From positions 1-48,594 of the forward strand of contig JBCCOV010000012.1 in NCBI GenBank assembly GCA_039039985.1: a DNA stretch of 48,594 nucleotides, read 5' to 3'. The position numbers and the translations under genes are program-made. The notes below the pieces were generated by a model. The model saw nothing but the letters and a program-made list of their open reading frames with translations. It ran no database searches and was not told the DNA's origin. This document shows, in pieces, positions 34,583 through 44,627 of this stretch (positions are counted from its first letter, which is position 1; every line of letters begins with the position of its first letter). The DNA is from Pseudomonadota bacterium. GTDB lineage: Bacteria > Pseudomonadota > Alphaproteobacteria > Rhizobiales > Hyphomicrobiaceae.

Positions 34583-35063
34583 AGGCTTCAGCCGTCGCGC
34601 GATCTTGAAAGCCGCGATATGGTATTATGATACCGACTGCCTTGTTGGGCCACAGAATGCAGTGCTCTCCCAATCGGTCGACTCGTCGAATGATCTGCCA
34701 GTGATGCTGGCTTTCCGAGTCCGACGCGCTCAGCTGAAATCCGTCGTCTCTTGCCGTGAAACGGATCGGCCCACGCCCAAGCCGCTGATCTTCGAAGTTG
34801 CGCCGGATGTATCGGGGCCTGAGCCAGTAGCGGTTCACGATGAGAAACAAGCCGTAGAGCACCACGTAGATGCCAAACACCGTCGCCAGCCCCTCATCCC
34901 CCATCAAAACGCCGACTGCCACTCCAACCGCAAGGATCAAGAAGAGCCCGTAACTGACGTAAGGCCTGGCCCGCCGCCACGCGGTCAGCTGCCCGTACAT
35001 CCTCTGCAGATGATGAAAGTCCGACAACGTCAAGGTGTAGGTCGCTTCAAACGGAACAGACAT
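34539..35063 (-). CDS. YcxB-like membrane protein (two TM helices + C-terminal domain) inserted between infB and rbfA
   Basis: It reads [26 protein letters not shown]... and has two TM helices ([15 protein letters not shown] / [12 protein letters not shown]). Confidence 0.5.
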   Translation of the reverse strand: MSVPFEATYTLTLSDFHHLQRMYGQLTAWRRARPYVSYGLFLILAVGVAVGVLMGDEGLATVFGIYVVLYGLFLIVNRYWLRPRYIRRNFEDQRLGRGPIRFTARDDGFQLSASDSESQHHWQIIRRVDRLGEHCILWPNKAVGIIIPYRGFQDRATAEAFVAFAEEKTRGQTL

Positions 35064-35320
35064 CGCGGATAACCAGTGAAACGGACAATGATCCGCGCGT
35101 TAAGAACAGAAGTCTGGCAAAATGCCGTCCGCTTCAGCGAACGGTGCGGGCTCGTGCCCAGGAACTGCACTGCATGCCCGGCGGCCGAGACTGCGTCCAT
35201 CTCGCAGGGTTCCGTCCCACACCTGCATCCACAGCGACGACGATGTGGGTAGCTAACCCGACCGGCGCACAAGACGCACGGCACGGGCCAGCCAAACGAT
35301 CGCGACTTGGCCGGACTTTC

Positions 35321-38176
35321 CTAATCCAAAGTCCGCGCGACCGATTCCACGTTGAAGCACTCGATCACGTCACCTTCCCGGATATCCTGGTAGTTGGTGA
35401 ATGACATACCGCACTCTTGGCCGACCGGGACCTCTTTGACGTCATCCTTGAAGCGCTTGAGAATACCAAGCGTGCCTTCATGAATAACGACGTTATCGCG
35501 GATCAGGCGCACCTTGGCACCGCGCTCCACCCGGCCTTCAGTAACCCGACAACCGGCAACCTTGCCGACCTTCGAGATGTTGAAGACCTGCAGGATCTCG
35601 GCATTGCCCAGGAAGATCTCGCGGATCGTGGGTGCCAGCAGTCCAGACATCGCAGCTTTCACGTCATCAACGAGATCGTAGATAATGTTGTAGTAGCGCA
35701 GCTCGATACCGTTCTGCTCCGCCGCCTGCTTGGCCTGAGTGTTGGCCCGAACGTTGAACCCAAGGATCACCGCGTTCGAAGCATTGGCGAGCGTCACGTC
35801 GGACTCTGTTATGCCGCCAACCGCGGAGTGAATAATCCGCGCCTCGACTTCATCAGTCGACAGCTTCTGCAACGCGCCGATGATGGCTTCGACAGAACCC
35901 TGGACGTCACCTTTGATAACCAGCGGCACCTCTTTGCGATCGCTCTCGTGCAGCTGCTGCATCATCTGCTCGAGCGTCCGCGCCGAACCGGCCGAACCTA
36001 ACGTCTCACGGCGCTTCCGGATCCGATATTCGGTAATCTCTCGGGCGCGGGCCTCGCTTTCGACGACAGCAAACTGATCACCGGCTTCCGGCGCCGAATC
36101 GAAGCCCAGCACCTCTACGGGACACGATGGGCCAGCCGATTTGGTATTCGCACCCTTATCATCGATCAGAGCACGGACGCGACCCCAGCTGCCGCCGGCA
36201 ACCACAATGTCACCGACATTTAAGGTTCCGCGCTGCACCAACAGCGTTCCAACCGGGCCACGGCCACGCTCAAGCTTGGCCTCAATCACGAAGCCCTCAG
36301 CCGAACGCTCAGGGTTGGCCTTCAACTCAAGGATCTCAGCCTGGAGACTGATCGCCTCAAGCAGGGAATCCAGATTCGTGCGTTGAAGTGCCGAAACCTC
36401 AACCTCCTGCACGTCACCCGACATGCCCTCGACCACGATCTCGTGCTGCAACAGCTCTGTGCGCACGCGATTTGGATCTGCGTCCGGCTTGTCGATCTTG
36501 TTGATGGCAACAATGATCGGAACTTCTGCGGCCTTCGCGTGGTTAATCGCCTCAATCGTCTGCGGCATCACACCGTCGTCTGCAGCAACGACCAGAATGA
36601 CGATGTCCGTCACCCGCGCGCCGCGTGCACGCATCGCCGTAAACGCCGCGTGGCCTGGCGTGTCGATGAAGCTGATCAAGTCACCGCCCGGCGAACGGAC
36701 CTGATACGCCCCGATGTGCTGAGTGATGCCGCCGGCTTCGCCACTTACGACGTTGGCAGAGCGCAATGCGTCCAACAACGACGTTTTTCCGTGGTCGACG
36801 TGTCCCATAATGGTCACGACAGGCGGGCGAGGCTGCAACGCCTCCTCCACGTCCTCTCCACCGATGAAGCCTTCCTCGACATCAGCTTCCGAAACGCGCT
36901 TCGACTTGTGGCCGAACTCAGAAACGAGAAGCTCGGCCGTGTCGGCGTCGATCGCATCCGTAATCTTGTGCATCGCGCCTTGCTTCATCAGGTATTTGAT
37001 AATGTCGACGGCGCGCTCTGCCATACGGTTGGCGAGCTCCTGAATGGTGATGACTTCGGGAATCGTCACTTCACGGGTGACTTTCTCGCGCGTTTGCGAG
37101 ATCCCCATCGCCTTCATTTTCTCGCGTTCGCGCTTCCGCTTGAGCGACGCCAGCGACTTCTCGCGCTGGCGTTCGTCGAACGCATTGGTAATCGTCAGCT
37201 TGCCGCGCACCCGGCCCTGGTCACCGCCACGCGGTGAGCCACGGCCCGCCTTGCCGCCGGTCTTACGCTTGCCGGAGTCATCATCGTCCTTCCGCGCAGC
37301 TGGCGCTTGGCGCACCGGACGGCGGGGCGCCTCCGCCTCAGCCTTGGCTTCAGCCGGTTTTGGACTTGGCCTGTCGGTCCGCGTGACAATCATCGGCCGC
37401 GTCATGCCGACGGGCTGATCCAGCACCGGAGCTGTACTGCGACCGGACGCATGCGGCCGCCGCTGAGCTTCCGACCGATCGCCGGACGCTTGATCGCGCC
37501 GCCCGTCAGTGCGGCCACGACCGGCTGTTCCACTATCGCGATCGCGGCTCGGCCGCCCGCGCGCTGCTGGTGCAGCCGTATCCGAACGCCCATCCTGCCG
37601 CCGTGCCTGCTGCGGTCTTGACGCTGCCGAAGTGCCGGCATCGGCTTTTTCCACCGGCGACATGGTGTTCGGCGCGGCGGAGCCATCCTCAGCCTTTGCC
37701 GAAGCAGCCTCAGCGTGCTGATCTTGGTTCGTGGCCTTGCGAATGGCCTCCTCAGCGAGGCGCTTCTTCTCGGCCTCTGCCTCAGCCTGCTCTTTCGCCT
37801 TGCGCTCGGCTTCTTCAGCAGCCTTTTTCTCAGCCTCAGCCGCGCGCCGCCGCTCATCCTCGCGGGCGCGAACCTGCGCCGCCGCGAGTGCACGGGCGCG
37901 TGCCTCAAGCTCACTATCTGACAGCCCGCCGGCCTGGCCACCGCTCCGGCCGGTCGCCGGCCTCTGTCCACCACGGCTACTGCCGCGCGCACCGGACGCC
38001 CCGTCGTCGCGCCCAGGCGTCCGAACCGGTCGGGTCTTTTTCTTAACGACCTCGACAGACTTCGAGCGGCCGCCGGAGAACTTCTGCTGCACATGGCCCG
38101 ACTCGACCGGGCGTTTCAGCTGGATCTGTTTGCGGCCGCTGGATGTCGTTTCTGTCGTGTCTTTCGTTTCGCTCAT
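35321..38176 (-). CDS. infB: translation initiation factor IF-2
   Basis: From ATG 38176 it reads MSETKDTTE... It has an Ala/Glu/Arg-rich low-complexity N-domain and G-domain motifs ([22 protein letters not shown]). The C-terminus ends ...[16 protein letters not shown]. The plus-strand ORFs inside are shadows. Confidence 0.95.
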   Translation of the reverse strand: MSETKDTTETTSSGRKQIQLKRPVESGHVQQKFSGGRSKSVEVVKKKTRPVRTPGRDDGASGARGSSRGGQRPATGRSGGQAGGLSDSELEARARALAAAQVRAREDERRRAAEAEKKAAEEAERKAKEQAEAEAEKKRLAEEAIRKATNQDQHAEAASAKAEDGSAAPNTMSPVEKADAGTSAASRPQQARRQDGRSDTAAPAARGRPSRDRDSGTAGRGRTDGRRDQASGDRSEAQRRPHASGRSTAPVLDQPVGMTRPMIVTRTDRPSPKPAEAKAEAEAPRRPVRQAPAARKDDDDSGKRKTGGKAGRGSPRGGDQGRVRGKLTITNAFDERQREKSLASLKRKREREKMKAMGISQTREKVTREVTIPEVITIQELANRMAERAVDIIKYLMKQGAMHKITDAIDADTAELLVSEFGHKSKRVSEADVEEGFIGGEDVEEALQPRPPVVTIMGHVDHGKTSLLDALRSANVVSGEAGGITQHIGAYQVRSPGGDLISFIDTPGHAAFTAMRARGARVTDIVILVVAADDGVMPQTIEAINHAKAAEVPIIVAINKIDKPDADPNRVRTELLQHEIVVEGMSGDVQEVEVSALQRTNLDSLLEAISLQAEILELKANPERSAEGFVIEAKLERGRGPVGTLLVQRGTLNVGDIVVAGGSWGRVRALIDDKGANTKSAGPSCPVEVLGFDSAPEAGDQFAVVESEARAREITEYRIRKRRETLGSAGSARTLEQMMQQLHESDRKEVPLVIKGDVQGSVEAIIGALQKLSTDEVEARIIHSAVGGITESDVTLANASNAVILGFNVRANTQAKQAAEQNGIELRYYNIIYDLVDDVKAAMSGLLAPTIREIFLGNAEILQVFNISKVGKVAGCRVTEGRVERGAKVRLIRDNVVIHEGTLGILKRFKDDVKEVPVGQECGMSFTNYQDIREGDVIECFNVESVARTLD

Positions 38177-38177
38177 A

Positions 38178-38900
38178 CTAATCCTGTTTCTCGACCGCCC
38201 TCGTCTGAGAGGATTCGGCCGCGTCGCCTCGCCCGGTTTGGACGTCAAATTGCGCGACGGCAAGTGGTGTCACAGATCGATACTGCATCAGGCGCAATGC
38301 GGCCTGAGCGAACAAAGGCGTCGTCCTGCTGTCTATTAGAGCCGCATGTACCACATTTTCCCGCCCTAATGCCAAGCTCAATTCCGAAATAGTCAGCACA
38401 TCTATTGATTTTCCGTCACGCTCAAGGTCGCGATTGGTGGCTTCGAACTTGCGAAACAGCCGTGCGCGGGTCTGTGGAGCAGCGTCAACAGCCTGTAGCA
38501 GCACGGCAGCACGGCCCGCTTCGATGGCGGCATTAACCTTCGTGTGCCCTGCAACAACAGCCCCGGCCTTGTTCGCAAGAGACAAGGCTTCGATCGCGCG
38601 TTTACGCAACAGTCTGTCGATCAAATCAACCAAATCTGCCGGCGGTGTCACCGGCGCCCGAAACGCTTTCGCGAAAGCTTTTGACCGAACCGCCTTTTCG
38701 ACAAGCGCGGCGCGACACCCGACCCAAACCCCTCGGCCGGGGAGTTTCCGCGCTAAATCAGGAACAACCGCGCCATCCGGATCGCAAACGAAGCGGATCA
38801 TGGCATCCGGCGCATGCGTTGTGCGGGTCACAATGCACGTGCGTACGGGCGCCGGCCGTGGCCGTGCGCGCATCACCCGTTGCTTGTGCTCCTGCTCCAT
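38178..38900 (-). CDS. ylxR: YlxR/DUF448 RNA-binding protein fused to an L7Ae-like domain
   Basis: It carries the motif RTCIVTR...RFV, which is DUF448. The C-terminal half reads [29 protein letters not shown], which is L7Ae-like. It sits in the conserved nusA-infB position. Confidence 0.8.
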   Translation of the reverse strand: MEQEHKQRVMRARPRPAPVRTCIVTRTTHAPDAMIRFVCDPDGAVVPDLARKLPGRGVWVGCRAALVEKAVRSKAFAKAFRAPVTPPADLVDLIDRLLRKRAIEALSLANKAGAVVAGHTKVNAAIEAGRAAVLLQAVDAAPQTRARLFRKFEATNRDLERDGKSIDVLTISELSLALGRENVVHAALIDSRTTPLFAQAALRLMQYRSVTPLAVAQFDVQTGRGDAAESSQTRAVEKQD

Positions 38901-38929
38901 ACGTATGCGCTCTGCTCCTGACCATCGGA

Positions 38930-40654
38930 TTACGCCGGATCGCCGGTCTGTGGATCTGATTCGGCCTCGGCCATGGCATCGTCGGCACCGGCTTCGACTT
39001 CAGCCACGCCGTCCGGCTCCAATCCCGTGTCTTCCCCGTCTTCGGCCGCAAACTCCGCATCTTCGGGCGGCAACAGATCTTCAGGATTGATCCAACCCAG
39101 CAAAATCCGTGCTTCCAGGATCATTTGCTCCGCCGCCAGACGATCGACGTCGAAACCGTCGAAGTAACCCGGATGGCGAACCACCTCAGGCTTCTCCTTC
39201 TTGGGATCCTTCTTGCGTTCCGTCCACCCGATCAGCTCGTCGGTGGCACAGTCTGCAAAGTCCTCGAGCGACTTCACCTCGTGCTCGCCGAGCGCGACCA
39301 TCATGGCGAAGTTCATGCCCGAGACCTTTGCAAGGTCATCGGACACGCCAAGTTCACGCCGCCGCGCATCGCGCTGCTCTTCCAAACGTTCGAGATGCTC
39401 GCTCGCCCGGGTCTGGATCTCTTGCGCCGTCTCGTCGTCAAAGCCCTCGATCGCGGCAATTTCTGAGACATCGACAAACGCGACTTCCTCGACACTGGCA
39501 AAGCCTTCTGTGGCAAGAAGTTGCGCGATCACTTCGTCAACGTCGAGCGCTTCCATGAACATATTGGACCGCTCAGCAAACTCCTTCTGGCGGCGCTCGC
39601 TCTCTTCTTCCTCGGTCAGAATGTCAATGTCCCAGCCCGTTAACTGAGACGCCAGCCGCACGTTCTGGCCGCGACGACCAATAGCCAGAGACAGCTGCGA
39701 CTCCGGCACAACCACCTCAATCCGGTTGGTGTCTTCGTCGAGCACGACCTTGGTCACTTCCGCGGGCGCCAGTGCGTTGACAATGAAGCTCGCCTCATCT
39801 TCAACCCACTGAATGATATCGACTTTCTCGCCTTGAAGCTCGTTCACAACTGCTTGCACGCGGGCACCGCGCATACCGACGCAGGCCCCGACGGGATCAA
39901 TCGAGGAATCCTTCGAGATAACCGCGATCTTCGCGCGGGACCCCGGATCGCGCGCAACCGCCTTGATTTCAACAATACCGTCGTAAATCTCGGGCACTTC
40001 CATTTGGAACAGCTTGGCCATGAACTCCGGCCGGGTCCGCGACAGGAAGATTTGCGGTCCGCGCTGCTCTCGCCGCACTTCATAGACGTGCGCCCGAATA
40101 CGATCTCCGTACTGGACAATCTCTCTCGGGATCATCTCATCGCGCCGCACAACCGCCTCTGCGCGCCCAAGATCCACAATCACGTTGCCGTACTCGACCC
40201 GTTTCACAACGCCGTTTGCAATCTCGCCGACGCGGTCCTTGTACTCTTCATGCTGGCGCTCGCGCTCCGCATCACGGACGCGTTGAACGATCACCTGCTT
40301 GGCGTTTTGCGCAGCGACCCGGCCAAAATCGATCGGCGGCAGTTCTTCAACCAGAACATCGCCAAGCTCGGCATCGGCTTTGCGATGCTTTGCATCTTCA
40401 ACGGTCAGTTCCTGCGCTTCGTTCTCGACAATCTCGACAACAGTCATCACGCGCGTAAGCCGCGCCTCACCCGTGCGCGGATCAATCGTGCAGCGAATAT
40501 CGTTTTCCGCACCGTAACGGGACTTTGCAGCCCGCTGAATCGCATCTTGCATTGCCTCGATGACGATCGTCCGGTCGATCGACTTTTCCCGCGCGACGGC
40601 ATCGGCAATTTGCAATAGCTCGATCCGATTGGCACTTACACCCGCCATTGCCAT
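38930..40654 (-). CDS. nusA: transcription termination/antitermination factor NusA
   Basis: It reads MAMAGVSANRIELLQIADAVAREKSI... with S1, KH1 and KH2 domains and acidic C-terminal repeats. 574 aa. Confidence 0.95.
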   Translation of the reverse strand: MAMAGVSANRIELLQIADAVAREKSIDRTIVIEAMQDAIQRAAKSRYGAENDIRCTIDPRTGEARLTRVMTVVEIVENEAQELTVEDAKHRKADAELGDVLVEELPPIDFGRVAAQNAKQVIVQRVRDAERERQHEEYKDRVGEIANGVVKRVEYGNVIVDLGRAEAVVRRDEMIPREIVQYGDRIRAHVYEVRREQRGPQIFLSRTRPEFMAKLFQMEVPEIYDGIVEIKAVARDPGSRAKIAVISKDSSIDPVGACVGMRGARVQAVVNELQGEKVDIIQWVEDEASFIVNALAPAEVTKVVLDEDTNRIEVVVPESQLSLAIGRRGQNVRLASQLTGWDIDILTEEEESERRQKEFAERSNMFMEALDVDEVIAQLLATEGFASVEEVAFVDVSEIAAIEGFDDETAQEIQTRASEHLERLEEQRDARRRELGVSDDLAKVSGMNFAMMVALGEHEVKSLEDFADCATDELIGWTERKKDPKKEKPEVVRHPGYFDGFDVDRLAAEQMILEARILLGWINPEDLLPPEDAEFAAEDGEDTGLEPDGVAEVEAGADDAMAEAESDPQTGDPA

Positions 40655-40662
40655 GCTGTGCG

Positions 40663-41373
40663 TTACTCCTTGCTTTCGCGACGTGTCGCGTCGTCCATTC
40701 CGGCCGCGCCGGCGTCGTTATCGGTCTGTTCACCATCCATCTGGAGAACCATGTCGTCTGGGACGTCCGAACCATCACCAATATGCGGCGGCGTACCTTG
40801 GCCGGAAGCCGCAGCTTCGGCGGCAGACTTGGCCCGACGTAGGGACTCCCGCACGAGTTCATCGGTCAGGACGAGTTTGGCTTCAGCGACAAGGTCCATT
40901 GGAATACCTAAGATTTGGCGGCCAAGCTCCGGCAAATCAACCTCAATTCGCACTTCGCCATCATCAAATCCGTCAAGAACGCCACGAAATCGCTTCCGCC
41001 CGTCGAGCAGCGACTTCAGTTCGACCTTAACCACATGGCCGGCCCACGTATCGAAATCCGACGCACGGACCAGCGGCCTGTCAATTCCCGGCGACGAAAC
41101 CTCAAGCCGATATTGGCCGGAAATGAGATCATAGGTGTCGAGCAACGGCGACAACTGCCGTGATATCGTTTCGCAGTCATCAATTGTCATTGCGCCGTCC
41201 GGCCGCTCGGCCATGATCTGCAGCGTCTGGCCGTCTGTACCGACAAGGCGTATGCGCACGAGCCGGTAGCCGAGCGCCACAATCGGATCATCGATGATTT
41301 CCGCAATGCGGGCCGCCAGTCCGGCTTCCTCGATAAAACGACGATCACGTTCCGTGCCGCTAGGCTCAGCCAT
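40663..41373 (-). CDS. rimP: ribosome maturation factor RimP with acidic C-terminal extension
   Basis: From ATG 41373 it reads MAEPSGTERDRRFIEEAGLAARIAEIIDDPIVALGYRLVRIRLVG.... It has a ~60-aa extension (...AAEAAASGQGTPPHIGDGSDVPDDMVLQMDGEQTDNDAGAAGMDDATRRESKE) beyond the usual ~180-aa RimP. Confidence 0.85.
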   Translation of the reverse strand: MAEPSGTERDRRFIEEAGLAARIAEIIDDPIVALGYRLVRIRLVGTDGQTLQIMAERPDGAMTIDDCETISRQLSPLLDTYDLISGQYRLEVSSPGIDRPLVRASDFDTWAGHVVKVELKSLLDGRKRFRGVLDGFDDGEVRIEVDLPELGRQILGIPMDLVAEAKLVLTDELVRESLRRAKSAAEAAASGQGTPPHIGDGSDVPDDMVLQMDGEQTDNDAGAAGMDDATRRESKE

Positions 41374-41451
41374 GTTATAAGAACCGCTCCACACGGTTGC
41401 GCGCCGCATTCGGCATCAAAGGCCGTCGCTCTAAAGCTCTAAAGCCTCGCG

Positions 41452-41489
41452 CCAAAAAGAAAAAAGAGCAGACCCTCGCGGGCCCACTC
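41452..41489 (-). terminator. Rho-independent terminator of trmB (minus strand)
   Basis: On the minus strand the RNA GAGUGGGCCCGCGAGGGUCUGCUC forms a ~10-bp stem with a GCGA tetraloop, followed by UUUUUUCUUUUU. Confidence 0.55.
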
Positions 41490-41695
41490 CCAGAGTTGAG
41501 ATGATCATGAGCCCAATAACAGTAGGACAAGGCGACCTCTGCCGCAAGCCAATTTTGACACTTTTTTGGCGGTGAGAGGCGTAGGATTTTTCGTCTATGT
41601 GGGTCCAGGCCCGGGCACGCGAAAAAAGTCGTTCTACGCGCCAGTATCTGCACCCAACCGTCGTGATGTTTCGGGTCCGCCCCTCCGCGTACCAA

Positions 41696-42409
41696 TCAAC
41701 GTCGATGAAAGTTCAGATATGTGCAGCGCCGCCCGGCCGCGATCGCTTTCGTCTCGTAACGCGTTTCAACCCAATCGTTACGACGTAACTGCCAGTCTTT
41801 CGCAGAGTCAGCAGGCCAGACGAACGCCGATGACGCACGCTGAGCAAGCAGAATAGTCCGGGCGTAGTCTGGAATATCGGTTGCGATGCACAACTCCGCA
41901 TGCCGGCGCATCACGCGAGCCAGGTGTTCCAGCAGCTGCGGATTGACGAGACGGCGCTTGATATGCCGCGCCTTCGGCCAGGGATCCGGAAACAGAATGA
42001 ACACGCGGTCCACCGACGCGAGCGGTAACCAGCGCAACACATCGCGGACGTCATCAGGATACAGCCGTATATTGGCGATCTCATCAACGGCGATACGATC
42101 AAGAACCTTGACCACGCCATCGACAAACGGCTCGGCACCGATAAAGCCGACATCCGGATGCCGGCGCGCCTGCTCTCGCAGATGCTCGCCGCCGCCGAAC
42201 CCGATTTCCAGCCAGATCTCGCGGACCGGTACCGCGAAAAGTTGAGATAGCGGTTCGGGGGCCGGCATCGTGAGGTCCAACCCGACGCGCGGCAAGACAT
42301 CAGCCAGCAGAGCATCTTGCCGTGGGCTGAGCTTTCGCCCGCGCCGACGACCGAACGATCTCAGTTCGGCCTCCGAATCATCGCGCTCAGGTTTCAATGT
42401 CTTGCTCAT
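41696..42409 (-). CDS. trmB: tRNA (guanine46-N7)-methyltransferase
   Basis: It has the SAM-binding motif (LEIGFGGGEHL) and the TrmB core (...FPDPWPKARHIKRRL...). 237 aa, ATG start. Confidence 0.9.
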   Translation of the reverse strand: MSKTLKPERDDSEAELRSFGRRRGRKLSPRQDALLADVLPRVGLDLTMPAPEPLSQLFAVPVREIWLEIGFGGGEHLREQARRHPDVGFIGAEPFVDGVVKVLDRIAVDEIANIRLYPDDVRDVLRWLPLASVDRVFILFPDPWPKARHIKRRLVNPQLLEHLARVMRRHAELCIATDIPDYARTILLAQRASSAFVWPADSAKDWQLRRNDWVETRYETKAIAAGRRCTYLNFHRR

Positions 42410-42463
42410 TTCTGAGCCGCGCCGGTAAACGTCAACGCAAAGCGCAAGCCGGATCGTCGCCGA

Positions 42464-43672
42464 TCACGCTGCCATTGCACTGCGGATTGTGTCCGCGAGA
42501 TCCGTCCGCTCCCACGAGAACCCACCCTCTTCATCCGGCTTACGTCCAAAGTGACCGTAAGCCGACGTCCGAGCAAAGATCGGCCGGTTGAGCTGAAGAT
42601 GCTCGCGAATGCCCCGCGGCGACAGGTTCATAACGTCGGACAAAACGCCTTCCAGCTTGGCTTCGTCCGTGTCCGAGGTGTCATGAAGGTTGACGTTGAT
42701 CGACAACGGCCGCGCAACGCCAATCGCGTAGGCAAGTTGAATCGTGCACCGCTCAGCCAATCCGGCGGCCACGACGTTCTTGGCGAGATACCGCGAGGCG
42801 TAAGCTGCGGACCGGTCGACTTTCGTGGGGTCTTTCCCGGAGAAGGCGCCGCCACCGTGCAGCGCCGCACCACCGTATGTGTCGACAATGATTTTCCGTC
42901 CGGTCAGGCCGCAGTCGCCGTCTGGGCCGCCGATAAAGAACTTACCCGTCGGATTGACGTGCCAAACCGTGTTCTTCGTGACCCAGCCGTCGGGCAGAAT
43001 GCGCCGAATGTACGGCTCGACGGCTTCGCGGACGTCATCCGAGTTCATCGCCTCATCAAGGTGTTGGTGCGAGAGGACGATCTGTGTTGCTTCCACCGGT
43101 TTGCCATCCTGGTACCGCACGGAAACCTGGCTCTTCGCGTCCGGGCCCATCTTGGCCATGGCGCCCTCTTTAGCGTGACGAGCCCGGGCCAACTCCCTCA
43201 GAATCTCGTGGGCATAGTAGATTGGGGCCGGCATGAGATCGGGTGTTTCCCGGCAGGCATACCCGAACATGATACCCTGGTCGCCAGCGCCTTCTTCCTT
43301 GTTCTCGAAGGGCTGCTGCGCATCGACACCCTGCGCGATGTCTGCCGACTGTCCGTGCAGTAAGACTTCGACATTGCAATCGGCCCAGTGAAAGCCCTCT
43401 TGCTCGTAGCCGATGTCTTTGATGACGCTGCGCGCCAGGTCGTCAATGTCTTTAACGGTGATGCGGGGCCCGCGGTACTCGCCCGCAATGACAACCCGAT
43501 TGGTGGTGGCAAGCGTCTCGCAAGCTGCCCGAATGCTCCACGGATCAAGTCCGTCTTGCGCGGCCGCCCGATAGTAAGCATCCACGACCTCATCTGAGAT
43601 CCGATCACAGACTTTGTCCGGATGTCCTTCGGAAACGGATTCGCTGGTGAATACAAACGACGATCTCGACAC
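42464..43672 (-). CDS. metK: S-adenosylmethionine synthetase
   Basis: It reads (M)[26 protein letters not shown]... with GGGAFSGKD and the other MAT signatures. It uses a GTG start, with a GGAG SD 8 nt upstream. Confidence 0.95.
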   Translation of the reverse strand: MSRSSFVFTSESVSEGHPDKVCDRISDEVVDAYYRAAAQDGLDPWSIRAACETLATTNRVVIAGEYRGPRITVKDIDDLARSVIKDIGYEQEGFHWADCNVEVLLHGQSADIAQGVDAQQPFENKEEGAGDQGIMFGYACRETPDLMPAPIYYAHEILRELARARHAKEGAMAKMGPDAKSQVSVRYQDGKPVEATQIVLSHQHLDEAMNSDDVREAVEPYIRRILPDGWVTKNTVWHVNPTGKFFIGGPDGDCGLTGRKIIVDTYGGAALHGGGAFSGKDPTKVDRSAAYASRYLAKNVVAAGLAERCTIQLAYAIGVARPLSINVNLHDTSDTDEAKLEGVLSDVMNLSPRGIREHLQLNRPIFARTSAYGHFGRKPDEEGGFSWERTDLADTIRSAMAA

Positions 43673-44049
43673 TGGGCGTGCTCCTGCTTCGGCGGCGATC
43701 TGCAGTCGGGCGCTATTGCAATGTTTCTAGGGCGCGTCAAGCGGCAGTCCAAACGTGCGTCATCATCCCCGCAGCTTGTTTTAGGCTTCGGGAAACGAAA
43801 GAGGTCGTCTTACGACGGAGCGTTTCAGACTGAGCTGCAACCATCCCATACCCGCTCCCGGCGACGCATGAAATCGTCCCTTTGGGTGGCCGGCCAGGAA
43901 GACCTACAAAAGTGGAGTGTGAGATGGCGAAACAAATTCGCCTATGGCGGACGCACGATCTGACAAAGATCGCGCTAGACCCTAGGACTGGGCCGCGCCA
44001 GACCCATCACCGCAGATCCGTGATGGGCGTAGTCAAGAGCGCGCAGCAC

Positions 44050-44502
44050 CTAACCATCATCAGATAGGCTACGCACCAGATCGATAACGGAGCGCCGCAC
44101 TTTGGCGTCGCCAATGCGGGCAAATGCGCGATTGAGATCGATGCCCTCTCGGCTCTTGAGGAACGACACGACAACCGCCTCGTCTCCTGATGCCGCCTGA
44201 CCGTCGGCCGCCGTCCGTTCGCTGTCCGGATCTTCAATCTCTGCGAAAAAGAACTCTACGCCAACGCCGAGAACGCGACTGAGGTCGTAAAGTCGGCTGG
44301 CACCGATCCGGTTGACGCCCTTTTCGTACTTCTGGATTTGCTGAAAGGTCAGCCCCAGCCGTTCGCCCAGCTTTTCCTGGCTGAGACCGAGGATCATCCT
44401 TCGCATCCGAACTCGGCTGCCGACGTGGACGTCGACCGGATTCGGCCTGCGTGCACTTTTGTCTTCGCCTTCAAACGCGAGGCTGCCGAGATCCCTACGC
44501 AT
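44050..44502 (-). CDS. XRE-family helix-turn-helix transcriptional regulator (conserved lnt/metK neighbour)
   Basis: From ATG 44502 it reads MRRDLGSLAFEGEDKSARRPNPVDVHVGSRVRMRRMILGLSQEKLGERLGLTFQQIQKYEKGVNRIGASRL. This is a Cro/C1-type HTH with a C-terminal dimerisation region. Confidence 0.8.
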   Translation of the reverse strand: MRRDLGSLAFEGEDKSARRPNPVDVHVGSRVRMRRMILGLSQEKLGERLGLTFQQIQKYEKGVNRIGASRLYDLSRVLGVGVEFFFAEIEDPDSERTAADGQAASGDEAVVVSFLKSREGIDLNRAFARIGDAKVRRSVIDLVRSLSDDG

Positions 44503-44627
44503 ATTAGACCGCTCCCTAGGGATTGGATTATGTTCCGTGCCGAGATTAGTTTCGTAGTGCAGACTTATCGTCCAGGTCAACTAAACTCGCTCCTAAAATA
44601 ACGTGATAGAGCATTCTGTTGTCGTGT

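Noticed and set aside
35417-38339. many plus-strand ORFs (e.g. 36383-37237, 37731-38339) and the minus-strand 37402-38094 ORF inside infB
   Set aside because: They lie in or opposite the low-complexity Ala/Glu/Arg-rich N-terminal region of IF-2 and are frame-shifted shadows.
41549-41583. plus-strand TTGACA -35-like hexamer in the rimP/trmB spacer
   Set aside because: No acceptable -10 at 16-18 bp and no plus-strand gene downstream. It is likely fortuitous.
43673-44049. SAM-II riboswitch call in the metK leader
   Set aside because: I could not recognise the full conserved P1/pseudoknot consensus by eye. It is kept only as a low-interest hypothesis requiring cmscan.
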